Source: Catajapyx aquilonaris
Lineage: Eukaryota
Reading direction: 5' to 3'
NCBI GenBank assembly: GCA_000934665.2
Contig: KZ538660.1
Coordinates: 1-55,621, forward strand
DNA: 55,621 nucleotides
Shown: positions 14,027 to 29,200 of the stretch, one piece after another
How positions within the stretch are numbered: the stretch's first letter is position 1
Layout: the number at the start of each line of letters is the position of its first letter
Position numbers and translations under genes: made by a program
The notes under the pieces: model-generated
What the model saw: the letters and a program-made list of their open reading frames with translations, nothing else
Databases searched by the model: none
What the model was told of the DNA's origin: nothing

Positions 14027-17000
14027 TCTTGAGAGTATTTGGTTTCCTATAGCCGTGAAAATTCACGCTAGAAGGCTGCGAATTTGCCATTTTTACCCGC
14101 CTGATATTATCATAAAACACCATACAATTGTCACATGATCCCCGTTGTCTCAAGGACTTATGCCGTTTGTATTTTGGGGGAATTAGACTTTCCCTCCTTC
14201 CTTATATATTTTTTTTATTCGAGGATGAAAAGCTCGAGAGCAGTCTCCGCTCCTCATGGAGTCTGATAAACTGTGTTGTTTCTGCTAGCAACCTCCCCCC
14301 CCCCCNCAACCCCCCCCCCTTTTTTTTTTTGTTTCGCTGCGTACGAGTGTGTCCTTACACTTGTACCCTTTGGAGCTGGGTCCTACGAAGACGTTACTTC
14401 TTGACCCAACCTGCTGTATGGTGCCATTGCTGCCGGATGTCCTGGTGAACACTATACTTCCTCCGGAACTCACCGGGGAATTCGTAACTACCATGGTTGG
14501 CTCCTACTTCACGTTGATGTTACACGTGATCATCCTCCGACGTTGTGCTGATATATCCTTTTTGACTTCCGAGGTACACTTTGCAAATTGGTTGTGAAGT
14601 AAGGAACTTGTGAACTCGGGTGGATATTTTTGTTAGTTGCGTTTTTGATTTTTCGCAACTCTTTCTTCGGCTGTGCTGATGTGTCCCTCACCGTTGTTAC
14701 GGTTGAAAACGTGTGAGGTAGTGAAGATACATTTATTTTGGTCTGGGAATGTTCATTGACTTTTGAGTGTTTCCTTGCCTTGAAGCTGCTGCATTTACCG
14801 AAGAGTGTGATCACCATTTCTTCTTCCGCAGCTACCTTTTTTGGGGTAGGGTTTTGTCCTATTGCAATACACCCCCTACTTTTCACTTCACATTTTGCCT
14901 GTTGGTTTGTATTCGCTTCCACATGTCTCAGTATTGACAAACCTTCCGGAAGAATTGCCCATTTGATTTGTGGTGCGTTATCTATGATTTTGGGGGAAGG
15001 GTTGACTTATGTAAGCCCAACCTACCTAGCCGTCCGTTGCCCATTTGAAAGATTACGTAAAGTGTTTGGGTTATTTTGCTTTAACAAGCTGCAAGGAACT
15101 TGGATAAATAAATTGATGTGTAAATGCAATCTAGTACTTACATCTCTGCTCCTTTGTCCTATAGCATTGGTCAGTTGCTTTTTGTAATTGACACAAATGC
15201 TCATATTTTTCTACTCGTACTTTATTTGGTGCTGGGATTAAGTTCCCTATTATTCCCCCACAATTATTGGAGTTTGCAGTAATTTTAAATGAGGAGTCCA
15301 CCAAGGATTGATTTTCCAAATATAAATTTTAGTCCCGCTTGTGTCTAATAATAATAGTAGAAGAAACAGTAAAGCTCATTTTTTCTGTGGGCTGTAACAA
15401 TCATATAGAAAGCCCGAATTTGCGTACGTTCGCATTTAAAATGGCGATAATGAGCACCAGGAATCCATTTTTAGTCATTTAAAATGAAGGCAAATCGTGC
15501 AATTGTCATTCATGGGTATGTATACCGTACCCTCGACGAATAAAATACCAGAAAAGGCACTTATGGAACGTATTATGGCAGTATAATGCAGAAAAAATAG
15601 CAAAACCTCAATTTTAAACGTCGGAAACCATGCATGGAAAAACTACATTTACTTTTGAAAAACATGTTAGAAGCATCCCCATCCAATAAGGCATTATTGC
15701 CGGTCAATCATATTCAATCCTGAGACACCCTCTTGTGCTGGCAGTGGCGAGAAGTATACTCAAGTATAAAAATCAGCTTTAAGACGGAATTTCCAAAGTT
15801 GTCTCATCATCACTCTTTCTTATTGCAACCCAGTCGTAAGACATGAGTGAAATATTTCCAAACACCCTGTTGGTCTAAATTGTAACAATAAAACCATAGG
15901 TCTCGGCACATATATCTCGAGAGAAATCGATGAGCGGCAATAATAGCTGATATTTCTCTAAATGACATATCTCGCGAAGCCAGATTCAATTTTTTGAAAC
16001 AGTCCAAAAACATCGTCGACAGGAGTAATACGCTAGCCTAATTATAAAACATCGAAAATATATACTAAAACTACGAAATTCCCCAGATTATACTGTTCGA
16101 CCTTCCTCTAGTGCACTGTATATATAACTGCATCCAAAGGATGTCAATATTGATTACTATTTTGTACAACAAGACGTCAATTATCAGCAGTGTAAAAAAA
16201 AGAAGACATCAATAAAATATTTCCAATTTTCACAAAATATAGCAATATTAACAGCAAAGTTTTTCGAGACCAATAGCAGGTTGTATGAGAAGCACACCAA
16301 TAAAAGAATGAGTTCAGCTACAGCAATAACCCAATTTTACGGGATAGTATAGATCTTATCCGGATGCTATCAATAATATCGGCAAGAGCGGAGAAAAGTG
16401 TTATTGGATAAGGGTTTTCCGGTTACGAAAATGATCAAAGCTTCAAGTTAGGGTGACTGTGTCATATCGGTTTAGCATTTCTCATTAAGGGTCATGTACA
16501 GTACGCAAAAATTATCTGGCTGAACCAGTCATTTGCCAGAACGAAACACTCACCAACAATATAGGTCTTACGCTTCAGAGTAACTCCGACAATCGCGCCA
16601 CCGCGTGTCTACTGCACATAAAGTCGTTCCCACAATTAAAACTAAATATAAATTCGTCGACTACAATGAATTGTCTCGTCTGAAGTTCATGTCACAACAC
16701 TTAACGCGACACACGGATGGAACGGAGACATAATCATGAAAAAGTTATAGAAACTGCTGTACGTCCCAGTAGAAACTCACATTTGTTCCTTGCACACCTG
16801 GCATACCAACGAATTAAGTTGTTCTCTCGGATAACAATCGCATGGCATGCGCAACACGCCTTGAACTACTGTACACTTCTGCATTTTCACCTTCTGATGC
16901 AGCCCCAACGCCCTTTTATCCTCCGACCCCCCCCNCCCCCCAAAAAAAAAGTTACTGCCAGTTAACCGCATGATAGTTTCCAGCGATGTGCTGAGATAGC

Positions 17001-17234
17001 CATCTGAGGCAAACCCAACCATTTCCCCCCAAATCCCCCAAACTCTGAAAATCGTTTGCTATCCCTCTCACCATCCGCCTGACTCGCCATCCCCAAGCTC
17101 TTCTCGCCGAACGGAATTGGCACTTACTACATTTTCCGAACGGGCATCACTTTGCAAGTGGTCCCTATACGTGTACTTACTCTCCACCAAACACTTTTCA
17201 ACATCCATCAAAGAACAGCAACAAACATGCTCTT

Positions 17235-17237
<3 letters not shown>

Positions 17238-17294
<57 letters not shown>

Positions 17295-17313
17295 TTATTA
17301 TTATTATTATTAT
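17238..17313. repeat. (AAT)n microsatellite abutting an inverted (ATT)n
   Basis: Visible directly. Confidence 0.9.
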
Positions 17314-18190
17314 TGCGGTTCTGATGAAGTAGCACATTTCGCTAGTGCACTCCAACCTCACTTATGTCTAGATTGCACAAAGCGTAATAGTCCTCAGCAT
17401 GAAGACTTCCTCGAGTGGAAGCTGCAAGTGCATGAAGATACAGCCACGCCTCATGTAATTTGATTTCTCCCCTCAAGCTCGCCCTGTAAATTGACAAATG
17501 GACCTCCTAGTAATAACGTAGGCCCTGAGTGCGCGAGGTGGCAGGAGAAGGATGACGGGAAAAGCAACAAAGTAGCCAAGTCGTGCAGAGTCGCAAATGT
17601 GTACAATGGGACTGTTGGGGAAAAGGGGAGATGGTGTTGGAGTCGTGACTATGTCGAGGGAACGAGTGAGTGAGCATCCTGTGCAAACCCCGGTCCTTGG
17701 AAAAGCCCTCTTCGATTCCCTCTGATATTCATCTTCCCGTGACGTCGTCATAGCAACCAACCCTGCTGTTCCTGACGATTATTAACTGACTACGTCTACT
17801 CCGCACCATACACCAATTTCCTCTGCCATCATTAAATGTGGCGTTTCCAACATCCCCCAGTTTTCGCAGATACAGGAAGTAACGCAACATACCTTCACAT
17901 ATGATTGTAAGTAACCTGATGCACTCTGAATCCCAGGCTTCCCTAGCAACCACTCTGACTATGCAGCCGGATGCTGTGGGGAAAATCCGCCGCTCTGGAC
18001 ACAATAAAGACTACGCATTCGTCAATGCAAATTTTCGCAATAATGGATTTTGCATGCCAGAGGAAGGGGAGGGCTGAAGAGCTGGGGGGATTTCGGCAGA
18101 AAATTTCGGCGCGGCTGCAGTGCTCCCACCTGGAGGACTCTGCCTCAACACCAAGGCAGTCTTTTAGTATGAATCCCCTCCACTAATCAA
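17314..18190 (-). mobile_element. decayed CR1/L2-like LINE 3' fragment
   Basis: The frameshifted remnants AWDSECIRLL and RAFPRT resemble the LGWxSL..RL...FFPRT C-terminus, and the stretch ends at a trinucleotide tail. Confidence 0.35.
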
Positions 18191-21100
18191 TAGTCGGCTG
18201 CATAGTCTCCCTCTCCCACCCTCACACACACACCACACACAAAGGAATGCAGGAAAGTGCTTTCCAACCTACAGACATTTCCTCACACACCACTTTCATC
18301 AGATAGGCTTATTAGTAACTAAAATATAGCATCGCGCTCCGTAACTTTACAAGCGGCCATTTTTTCCCCCCCAACCCTTGACAACAACGGTGGACTGGGC
18401 CGCAATGTTGCAATTTCCCTGAATATCCCTGCTGGCACGGAATTTCATCGTGACCACTGTCCGCCGCCGGGCCACTCGTCTACTCGAATAATGACCGGAC
18501 AACTCCTGAATAACACTTGCGGTGTCAGAATGACCTGTCACCTCTTCTTGCATCTTTTTTGTCTCATTACCCCCCACTAAAAAATGGCTTGCTTTTGGGT
18601 ATCACAGCCCTTAGAATCTCTGCCTCCGGAAGCAGTTTTGGATCCAAAAGTGGAGCAATTTTCTTCAACTTTGTGCCCAAATAGCCGGCATCCCACCCCC
18701 CACAAGATCAGGCGCTGCATATGCATGGGCGCTGCGCAATTTCGTAATAAAAGAAATCGATTGCTCGCCAGCCGTCAGGAACATCAAAAAGCTTTCGCTT
18801 GAAATGCACTAGTTTAGAAAAGCAGCAAGGGGGCGACAGAAACTAAATAGAAAAATACCCGCAAATTTGATACGAATATCAGGTGACTCCATGCTTGTAA
18901 TGGGCGTCATTTCAGAAAGAAATGCGTACCCGCCAGCGATAAACCCCCCAAAAAATGAATTGTATTGCCAGTTTTTCCCAGGCACTTTGATGTAAAGCCT
19001 AAGTGATAAGCAAAAAAAAAAAAAAAACGACTAAAAAAATTGAGACCGGTTTCAGCAAAGCCCTAGGAGGGACAACCATTTTCCATTCTTCCGGTTACTA
19101 ACTTGGGGGGTCTGAAAAGAGATGGTGGTCGGTCTTACTCCCCTGCTGGCCTGATCGATAAGCGCAGCATCCATTATAGTAGGTTTAGTGGCGCATCGGA
19201 ATAACAGGCAGCCAGCCAGCCAGCCATCTCTATATGTATGGCCATGGTCTCACCCAGTCCATCTTTCATGTTACGTTTCCAATCGTCCCTTACAGGGGAA
19301 ATCCCCTAGGTTGAGGTATGTTTCCTACCCCCAGAAACCAGCATTTCAAAAGCCTAGTACGACCTCAACCTAGGGCCACACCTATACACACGTTGACTCT
19401 CGCACTTCATGTGATTTCAGATTATCCCTAGGCGTACCGCGGTGCAGTAAACGTCTTCTGGTTCTTGAATACATTGTTTGAAGACGGATGAGACCTAAGA
19501 GGGGCAGGTCAATGACGACACGGTATAACCTCCGTCCCCCACATCGATCCGACTCCAGGATTGAAGAGGTCACGAGTGTTCCGAGTTTCACAATCATCCA
19601 ACACCCCCTCCCCACCCCCCAGATCCTACCAACAACAGCGGCCTCGAAGGAAACTGGGAAGATGCTGGTGCTGCTGCTGGGACACATTCCCTCCGCCCTT
19701 CCACCCAACTCACTGTCCAAAAAGGCCGAAATCGATAGCAAACCCCTCCTTCCCAATATATCCTTCTTTTTTTCATTTTTTTTTTTTCCTCTCCCGTTTC
19801 CTGAACCACGGTCTAGACCTTGTCCTGAACTGGGTTTTGTAAGGAAGCATCTTACCGAGGAGACGTAATTAACCCATGAGCGGTTGTAGCTGTCCATATC
19901 GGCCTCATTTGTCAAGGGATTGACCGAAGTAAAGCACAAGCGAGGGAAACAATGGGTCAAGGTCTAAATCAACATTTCTCACTAGAACGACATTGCAGGC
20001 CTATATGTGACAAAATGCTAATTAATTGCCACAGGGAGGGAATCAAAAGTTACACAAGTAACACCACGGGGAGAATCAGTAAGGATGATGGAGGTGGAAG
20101 GAAAGGAAGAGATCGAAGTGGATGGGAGGAGAGAAAGTGTCAAGACTAGCACCCCAGAGAAGGACCAAAGACATCATCAGGACTTGTGCAAGGGAATCCC
20201 AGAAAGGATGGGTAGACTATGGGGAGTCGCATCTTTTGTGAAAGTGGAACTTGGGAAAGGTTTATGGTGGGAGGGGATTCACCGAATGGAACAGATTGAT
20301 GAAGGACAGTCAAGTGATTTAAGGATGAGGGCAGTTTGGAGGAACAAGGATATTGCCAAAGGAACGCCTGGGCCGTAGGACACACAGTCAAAATAAAACA
20401 CTTCAGGAAAGATTATCCCTTCAAACTCTTATAACAAGCATTTGGTTCATCGACCCCCCCCCCCCCTCCCCCCCGCAACTTCTTCCTGCGATATCTTGAG
20501 AGGATTTCGCGAAAGAGAGCGCGCCCTAATCGATGCCTCGGGTGAGTTCATATCACTTTAGATGCGCATCTATAGCTGTGGCAGAAAACCAACCCCTGAT
20601 ATATAAAATGACGAGTTCTGTGATTTCTATACCAAAAATTGACATATCCGATAAAATACGACATGTCTTCAAAACAACCCCTGTGCATTAATTTGTGTCA
20701 ATTTACTGCCAAGAGAAGGGGAAACCCAATCACAATAATGATTTAACATCGTCACCCGTCAAGTTAAAATGACAAAATATAAAGGCAAAATTTCCCAAAT
20801 TATGGCATAAATTAAACCAGATTTGAATGCAAGATCAGCGTCTCTTCCTGCAGGCTCCACAATAATCACATTGTCATTGTCAGGTGCTTGGCTTTTCCAA
20901 AACTCTTTTACAAAAATTAACTCATAAAAGTATTATGACAAAGCCAAACAACCCAAACTGCCTGCAGTATACCCTCTTAATGGTTGCTGCATGTCTCAAA
21001 ACGCCAGTTTGTCAATCCATCTACATAATATACTGTAGCTCCTTTTTACCCACACCATAGCAAATCATCCTGTCCAGTGTCAGTTTGATATCTCATAAAA

Positions 21101-22829
21101 ATTAGAAGTATCTGCCATAGTGTGGTTTGTAGACACTGAAAGAGTGGACCTGCTGAAGATTTTGTGCCTGATTTCATTGGCACAATCAGCGGAAATAGCA
21201 CTATTTCTCTGGGGAAGTTCCCCGAAGTTGATGGTCAACATGAAGTACTTCATTCAGCACTCAGGAAAGCCAATCATCGAAGTCCATATCCCAAATCATC
21301 ACGAGCAGTTCATTAAGTCTTCCCACACACTAATGGGTCGGAGTCACACACCATCAGGAATCACGCTAGTGAAGCCAGAGAAGATTATACAATAAAACAT
21401 TTGATTTCTTTCGCCTCGAACGAAGTTGATTGATGATTCAGCAGTAGATTTTTGTGTGTGTCCCTCACACAAAAACCTTGCAAACATGAGCAGTTGCAGG
21501 ATACATTTACACATGTAGTCTATGTACTTGTATACTATATGAAAGTTAGTAGAAAGTCGCATTCATGTGGGTGAATGTGCGCCCAGAAGTTACAGTGAAC
21601 ATTACTGTTTTTTCTTCTTCTTCATAATTGCCTCTAATGTCAGACTTGAGCATGACAGTTCCTGTGTGAACATAGCCTGCAGCTTAGATTTGAAGATTGG
21701 GTACCATAAGCGAGATTATTTTCCTAGATTATTTCAGCAGTAATACACATTTCGGAAGCTTCTTGGCTATACGCTGTATTATACCGGTGCGCAAGCTACA
21801 GGCCTACTGTCAAAATCGATGCAGTGACAAATGACGCTTTTTTCCGCTTAATTTGCTTTGGGAATAAATTAGTTGGTTATCAAAACGTTCTGTAATAGGC
21901 TACACCTAATGAGGTGAAGTCAAAACATGTTAGCCCCAGGGGTTAGCCTATGCCCTGCATAAAGCCTGTATTTATTACTCTGGTGACAGCTAAACAGCTA
22001 CGGGTGAAGAAACTTCACTGAAATACGCCATGTTCATCTGTAATGGGGTACGAGTGATGCCTTGTAGCCTGTCCACCCAGCAAAAGCTAGTAGGGCCACA
22101 TATGGCTAGGCCTAGCCATGTCCCCACTCACCACACAAAGAGGCTACAGTTTCTGAATTCCGTCATGTACAGTATATCTATATCCTATATGCGGTAACTT
22201 CTTTTGGTCACTCCCAACCATTTCTTGAGTTGAAGATGCTCAACAACTCGCCTATCACACGTTCTTGGTGAAAAGTTGTAATTTATCAGGAAAATATTGT
22301 CACCACAACTATAAAAAAAAATCTGGTCAAAAGTTTCTGCTTATAACCCGCATAATAGTATTGATTTCGACCAGTCAATGCCCTGGGAATGCAGAAAGTG
22401 GAAAATGATATCAGCCGCCAATATTGGTGAAGAATATGGTAAGGAACTAATGGTATTTCCCCACGGTTTGGGGCCTCATCGAATAACAAACGAGAAGATG
22501 TGACATCTAAACGACGTTACACTCCTTGAGGGAAATTTAACAATGTCGCTCTCACACACGAGGTATTCTTGAGTGAATTGCCTGTTGTTGTTTATTACTT
22601 ATTTTCTTGAGGGTGGGTGTAGCGTATTTTCATACAATTACAAGATATTAGAACTCACCCATTATTTAAATGCAGCGATGGAGACATTAAAGCGTGAATT
22701 GTGAGCGACAGTAACCGGCCATCATGTTCCTCTATATGGCGCAGGTGACGTCTTTCCACCCATATCAAAACTGAAGCAAAATCACCATTTATACAGCCAC
22801 TTAGGGCCACCTGGCGCTGTCGTCGTTTC

Positions 22830-23230
22830 AGCATTCAGAGCAAGATTTCATATCAGATTTTTTCAATACAAAGATCGATCGAAAGATGGTACTCTGGAGT
22901 ATAATGATCACGTTGGCTTTCGTGCAGTTAATTCGCAATTTACATGAAAATATCGTTAAAAAAAAGACGCGTTCTGTTTTCTCGCTATCAAAGTTGGTCA
23001 AGAGTTCGGAAAGTGATATGCTTGTAAACACTTTTTATGGCAGCCACAACTGTTTCAAAGATGTGATCATAAGGACTCCGCTCTTCAATCTCTTGTACCA
23101 ACACGAATACTAGCAGTCATTCAAACATAACGAATGGTCACTATACATATTGCTCTTGCAACACAGCATCCTCTTAAAAATCACAGCGCTGAACTGTAAA
23201 TCCACACTATAAAAGACGCACTTCCATTGC
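22830..23230 (-). mobile_element. decayed mariner transposase N-terminal remnant
   Basis: The minus strand reads ARAICIV...CWYKRLKSG...P*KVFTSISLSELLTNFDSEKT, resembling the mariner HTH WFxRFKSG...GRP...L.ALL motif. Contains stops. Confidence 0.5.
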
Positions 23231-26200
23231 TTTATAAGCGTTTTATCGAAGCTCTCAGCAATTACATGGCGTTGTTAAGGGCATCAAAGACGACTTAAGA
23301 TGCGTGGAAAGAAGAACTGTTATTCAGTGTTCGCCAGGCGTATAAATGCACTGTACTAAAATTAACAATTTTTACACGTCAACGCAGCAAGAAACATTCA
23401 GTTGACAAATATTCTACTACGACTTTTAGTCTCTCACATCCCAATTCAGGTACACCCACGCATTTCGGGCGTTTCAAAGCTAACACGCTATTTTGCCGAC
23501 TAAAAATATTACACCTCGGCAAATTATATTATGGTGGCGGTGAAATATCAAGTGCCCTACTCAACGTCTTGCCAGACTTTTTGCAACATCTATTTGTGAT
23601 GTAAACACTCTGACATTTTTACGAGTACCTTGAGATGGGGCTACACCGGGTCTGGTATATACCTCACGCGCTCTCATATAGGGACGGGAAACCAATTTTA
23701 AAAATTTAGGCACAATTCGCAATTTTCCCCCCTTTCCTGAACAAATACGAAGATTTGTCCAAAATTTTATGTTTAAAAACATGCATTATGCGCAATTGAA
23801 AATCTGAAAAGCACCTAATGTATAAATTATTAAATTGGCCTTTTTGGACCCTATATAGGTACTGTACTTCATCAGAGTACATCCATAATACAAGGGGCAC
23901 TTAAAAATATCTTTTTACAAACTAATGGTCGAATTGTGGCTATTTACTGTACATGTAGCCTCCATCCGACTCCGAATGAGTCCAGAAGTTGAATAAATTC
24001 TTCCAGACTTTTAATTTAACTCATTTCTTTGCTAACAGAAGCATGCAATGTCAATCCTCGCAACTCCAGATAGGCGAAATAAATGCCAGTATATCGTAGT
24101 TCTCTGTGGAACAATCCGAGTCCTCGCCCGACACATAAAACCAATAAACGGCCATATTTTTTTGCTTGTGCAAGATCTCGCGTTTCCATTCGCGTACGTC
24201 ATGGCGTTCTAATAAACCCGGGTTCAAATTCCACGAAACTGAGCATATTAAGACAATGGTGGGCCTGAGAGGTGACCTTCAGTTGCGAAACAATGTACGT
24301 ATTGTCCATGATGAAGAAGCGTCTCAAGCAAAAAGTAAGTTTAACGAGGTTTCAAATTACCAGTTTCACTAACAACCTTTTCACAAAGCTCTGCACCAGA
24401 AATTTAAAAGCATTATTTTTTGCCCCTCCTGTAAAATTAATAGGCCTATACTTACGGAGACACGAGATGTTGCCTTGGGGTTTGCATTGCGGACGACGCC
24501 GTGCATTAGGGAGTGCATGGATGCTAATTAAAACAAAAACAGTTTATAAACACTCCAGGTGCGCCTTATGTGCTTCTTGGATAACATTTTCATGAACTGC
24601 ACAAAGGCCTATTAGACACACATTAATTTATTAGGGCACACATAATGTACTTCGTGAAAATGGTGTGCCACCTTACTTCATGAGGCACAAAATAGGCCTG
24701 TTTTGTACCCCTTCCCGTGAGGTACCACAAGAGTGCAATCTAGTACGCTCTTTAACCTTTTTGTTTTCGCAAAACCCTTTGTTCTCCACAAAAGTTCGCC
24801 GAACCAGAGAATACCCTTTGCCACAAATTTCTCTTGGAATTACGATTAACTTTGATCAGAGTGCTATTGTTCACTTGGCAATGACTTCTTGGTAATACTT
24901 TTCCGACCTGAGAATAACGGATCCGAAGAAATCTGGACTTTTAGATACTGGAATATTTTCCGGACTATAATAGATGAGCCGCCATTACCCACAAATCCTT
25001 TCGCGGAACTCTGGGGTTCCGCGGAATTCCGGTTGAAAACCGGATATAATTAATGCACTAGACTTTCTGTCCTGGGTTCAATCTTCTACACTGTATCTTA
25101 GTTTCTCCATGTGAATATCGGGTATAGTTCCCGAATATAGGCCACAGTAGCTTCCTTTTTCCCACCATTAATCCCCAGGCTCCCTTTGGCGGCGAAAAGT
25201 AATGCGAATAAATATCATTTCAAAAATCTCCTAAGAAGGCTCAGCCTTATCAAATGAAGTATTTTCCGATATTATTAACTGCTCTGCAGCAATGCAGTTA
25301 CTTTTTAAACCCGTATTCCCACAAAATATCTCTCACTCAAAGTCTATTTAATTCGACATTCCTCTAGTATTCTATCAATAATTATAGCACCTATGCTGCC
25401 ATTTTTCCTGGACTCTATCATGAAATCATATAGACCACCGCACAATACCACGTACACAGACAGTCCAATTGTGCAGGTTGGCATATACCACAAAATAATT
25501 CGGAAATGAAACTACGAACCTCCAATATTCCCATCTTTCCCCCGACCCACAGTCAGCCTGGCAACACCGAAACCTCTTTTCACTATAGTCAAGCCAACTT
25601 CCCCGCAAGTGCACGGTCCACCGTGCATACCTTTTCACGCATCTCCCCTCCAGTTCAATAACATTCCGGACACGGCTAGTGGACATCGACACTACCTCAC
25701 CAACCCTTTACCCTCCCCCCNNNNNNNNNNNNNNNNNNNNNNNNNNNNNNNNNNNNNNNNNNNNNCCGCTCCAAAGAGCCTCTCAAGCAAATACCATGCA
25801 TACATGTGAATCCCTCTTCCGGGATGGGATACACTGTAAACCGACTAGGTGGTTGAAAATGGCGCTTACCTTGCCGCACTGCGGCAGGGGGTAACCCAGT
25901 CTAATTTTTGGAGTCTTTCTGTCTGATGTCTTCACCCCCACCCACACCTGTGATACACACCCACACATACAGCCTCTTCACGCCATACAAGACACCACCT
26001 ACACGGACAAGGTGAAGGGGGTGGTTTGCTTTCAGACACTATGGCTTCCGACAGCCTCCACTTCTTCCTACAGGCCACNNNNNNNNNNNNNNNNNNNNNN
26101 NNNNNNNNNNNNNNNNNNNNNNNNNNNNNNNNNNNNNNNNNNNNNNNNNNNNNNNNNNNNNNNNNNNNNNNNNNNNNNNNNNNNNNNNNNNNNNNNNNNN

Positions 26201-29200
26201 NNNNGCATCCATCTGGACCCCCCCCCCCCCCTCCAACTAGCCAACCATGGTCCGTCCCTTTACTTTTTTTTTTCTTCTCATCTTGTTGACAATTCCGTTA
26301 TTTGAGCATGATAATAAATGCGGTACGCATATTGACCCTCCCGGCTAATGCGGATCCAAAATCGTTGGAGGCAGCATGTATGCATTGCAAGGCTAGGCTG
26401 CAGGGACCCTCAGTTTGCCCTCTCAACCCCCCCCCACCCACACACACGCACACTGTGTGCTATTTCATTTGTTCAAGCCCTGTTCAAGCCGATGTTCACC
26501 TATGCACTCCCCTAAAANAAAAAAAGGGGGGGGGGGGGGGAATTGGTTTATCCTGGAACACGTGCAACCCTCATCACTGACGGCCTATCCGCCAGGATAA
26601 AAAATTATCCGCGTACCCTCTCTTTGCCTATGGGGCCTCTACCCCTCTCCCTCTTCCCTCCTGAGAGAAATTACATTCCAAGCATTTCAAAACCTGCCAA
26701 TCAATACTGCATTTGCGCCCCATGCTGGATGTACCCACGGTCCGGCTGCCCGATTCCGTCAAGCAAACACTCCCCTTTCCCCAGCTAAATGGTAAAAGGG
26801 GGGGGGGGGGGGTCCCGTGCAGCAGACTAAACGTCTTCAGTGTTTGTCCTGGAATAACCCAGTCGTGTCTGACACTTAGAAAGAACCTCGTTGCCGATTA
26901 GGTCGTCCCCCGTTGGTAAACAACGTTCCTTTCGGCTGCAAGTGGAGGGAACAGAATAGACCGCAAAAAAATAGAAAAAAAAAATCGAAAAAAAAAAAGA
27001 AAAGTCGGCCCGGGTTAGAAGCCCGGGCAAAAGTATCTGCGCTTATTCGCGACGCGTTTGTCACCTCCACCCCAACCCACCCCGACAATCACGGATGAGC
27101 CGGCATAGTCAGCTATTAATAGCGTGGAAATGTGCCCTGCACTCGACATGAACTGCCGAGGTCTTCTGGTGCCCCAGTTGAGACGTTGTGCCTAGATGAG
27201 AATCTTTGCATGAGGAGGAGGAGGCGAGGGGTGTACTATTGCACACACGTGATTCGCACTGGAGGTTGTCCATGTGTCGTACACATTGCTGGAATAGTCT
27301 ATGCACCAGTTCCGCCAATACTTGCGACAACCTTCCATTTTATTTTAGAACCCCAAATTGTACTGACATACAGTAATGTAAGGAGACCCACTTTTACCAT
27401 GTAGTACTGAGAGGAGGGGGTGGAGGATCCCCTGGCTCGACACCAAGTAGGCCACCCCCTATCTATATAATTGTCTCTACATACTTTCAGCTCACAACAA
27501 ACCAGTTCAAGTACCTGCCAGCAGTATTCATCAGGCACACTAAAGCGGAGTAACTGCGTAAGTGCCGATAGAGAGTGCAGCAGCTAGCCAAGAGCTGTGC
27601 AACCTCCGGTCAACAAACGGCTAACGTGTGCAGCGATGTTGCTTGGGTTGGAAACGTTGCCAGGGTAGAGTTGGCACATGCTCTCCAGGTTTTCCATCGA
27701 GATGTATGCCCTTTCGGAGGGGAAAAAAAAAAAAAGTTTTTGGACTGGCAGTTCTTCGTTGAAATTATCCTTTCTGACGTGGAGGGTACGGGGTAAAGGA
27801 GCTGACAAGTAGGTTGGACATTTGCCCTATGCTACGTATTCGTACACAGGACCTAATTTTTCAGCTTCTCGCCACATATACCGAGGGTGCAAACATCTTG
27901 CTTTTCTGCCAGGCATCCAACTGACACCGAACGTGATAAGCCAAGGCACATGCACGCTCTCAAGGTTCGAAGCAGGGGAAAAACAAGGGGCAAGTCCGGC
28001 AACTCGGAGTGCCTTACATACTACGCGTATATAGTTGCATGTCATCCTTAGAACTCTGGAGGTCATTTACACAAAACCGAGGAAACTATAGTACCGCTCC
28101 GGACCAGGTTTCTATGCACAGAAGGGAAAGTCTATAGAAGACTGCTACAAAATACTCGAAACAGAATGTTTGTACGCAGTGGTCCTGTCTTTCTGAACCA
28201 CCCTGCTGTATAAATATTCCACCTGCCTGTGCGATAAGCCTTTCGGGAAATGTCACCGTGATTACGACACTACATAGGGAACTGCGACATAGTGTAGGCC
28301 TACTTTTAAATGTGCACTGCTCAGGTATTCTTACTCCCCCATCCTGACTGTGAGCCAGCAAATTACTATATGCACTTCCTTGTTAATTTATAACACCGAA
28401 GCAGAAATATATCAAATATTCTGGCATTCACCTATCATTATTATTTTAACAATTAGTCGTATAAATTTCCTTAAATACTTTTCAAATCTTCATATGTTCC
28501 TGCCAGCCAATGACAAAACAAACCCACTACAATATTAAATTGTTATCCGAAACAATCTGTCCTATGTCCAGAATGCACAACTAGGTATGTTTCTATTTTA
28601 CTATATACTGTATACTGTACAACCACAAGTCAGTGTGAATGTGAGGCAATGTACAAAACACGCGCAGAATGCCAGTAACAAAACCTAGGAAATCGTTGCC
28701 ACGTTGGACTTGCTCAGTTGAAGTGTAAGTTGGAATTCAGTTCTGCAGAAATACTGGGTGGAAGGAAAGTTAAATAATCCCCGCCCCCTAACGGACATCG
28801 ACCTTTCCTTTGTAATTTCACTAGTGTTGTTAAAATGTTAAATGTCATATTCAGGCGTATTCTGCAACATTTCCTGGCCACAAATTACTAATCTTCCATT
28901 GAGTGTATATGACGCACTTAGGACGTGGCCATGGGAAGTTTCGGGGGGGGGGGNGGGGGGGGAAGAATAATCAATGGCAGAATCGAGATCTGCAAATACT
29001 CCGTGCAATAAAAATCTCGGGTGCAACTAATCTTCAGTAACGTTATAACGGTTTCAATTACATGTCGATATGGTTCGGTATAAGTCAGATAAATTTGTCA
29101 AAAATTTTCATGATTTACCTACGAACCTGTATAACACATATTAAAATGCAAATTCCTGCTTTTTACTAACCACAAAATGACCAAACGTTACGTACAATTT

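Noticed and set aside
19382..19960. Longest ORF in the track (192 aa, minus strand)
   Set aside because: It is low-complexity, crosses homopolymer runs, is open on both strands, and has no motif.
25700..28970. C/G homopolymers as PCBP autoregulatory poly(C) sites
   Set aside because: The runs occur on both strands, many read as G-runs in mub sense, and several contain Ns.
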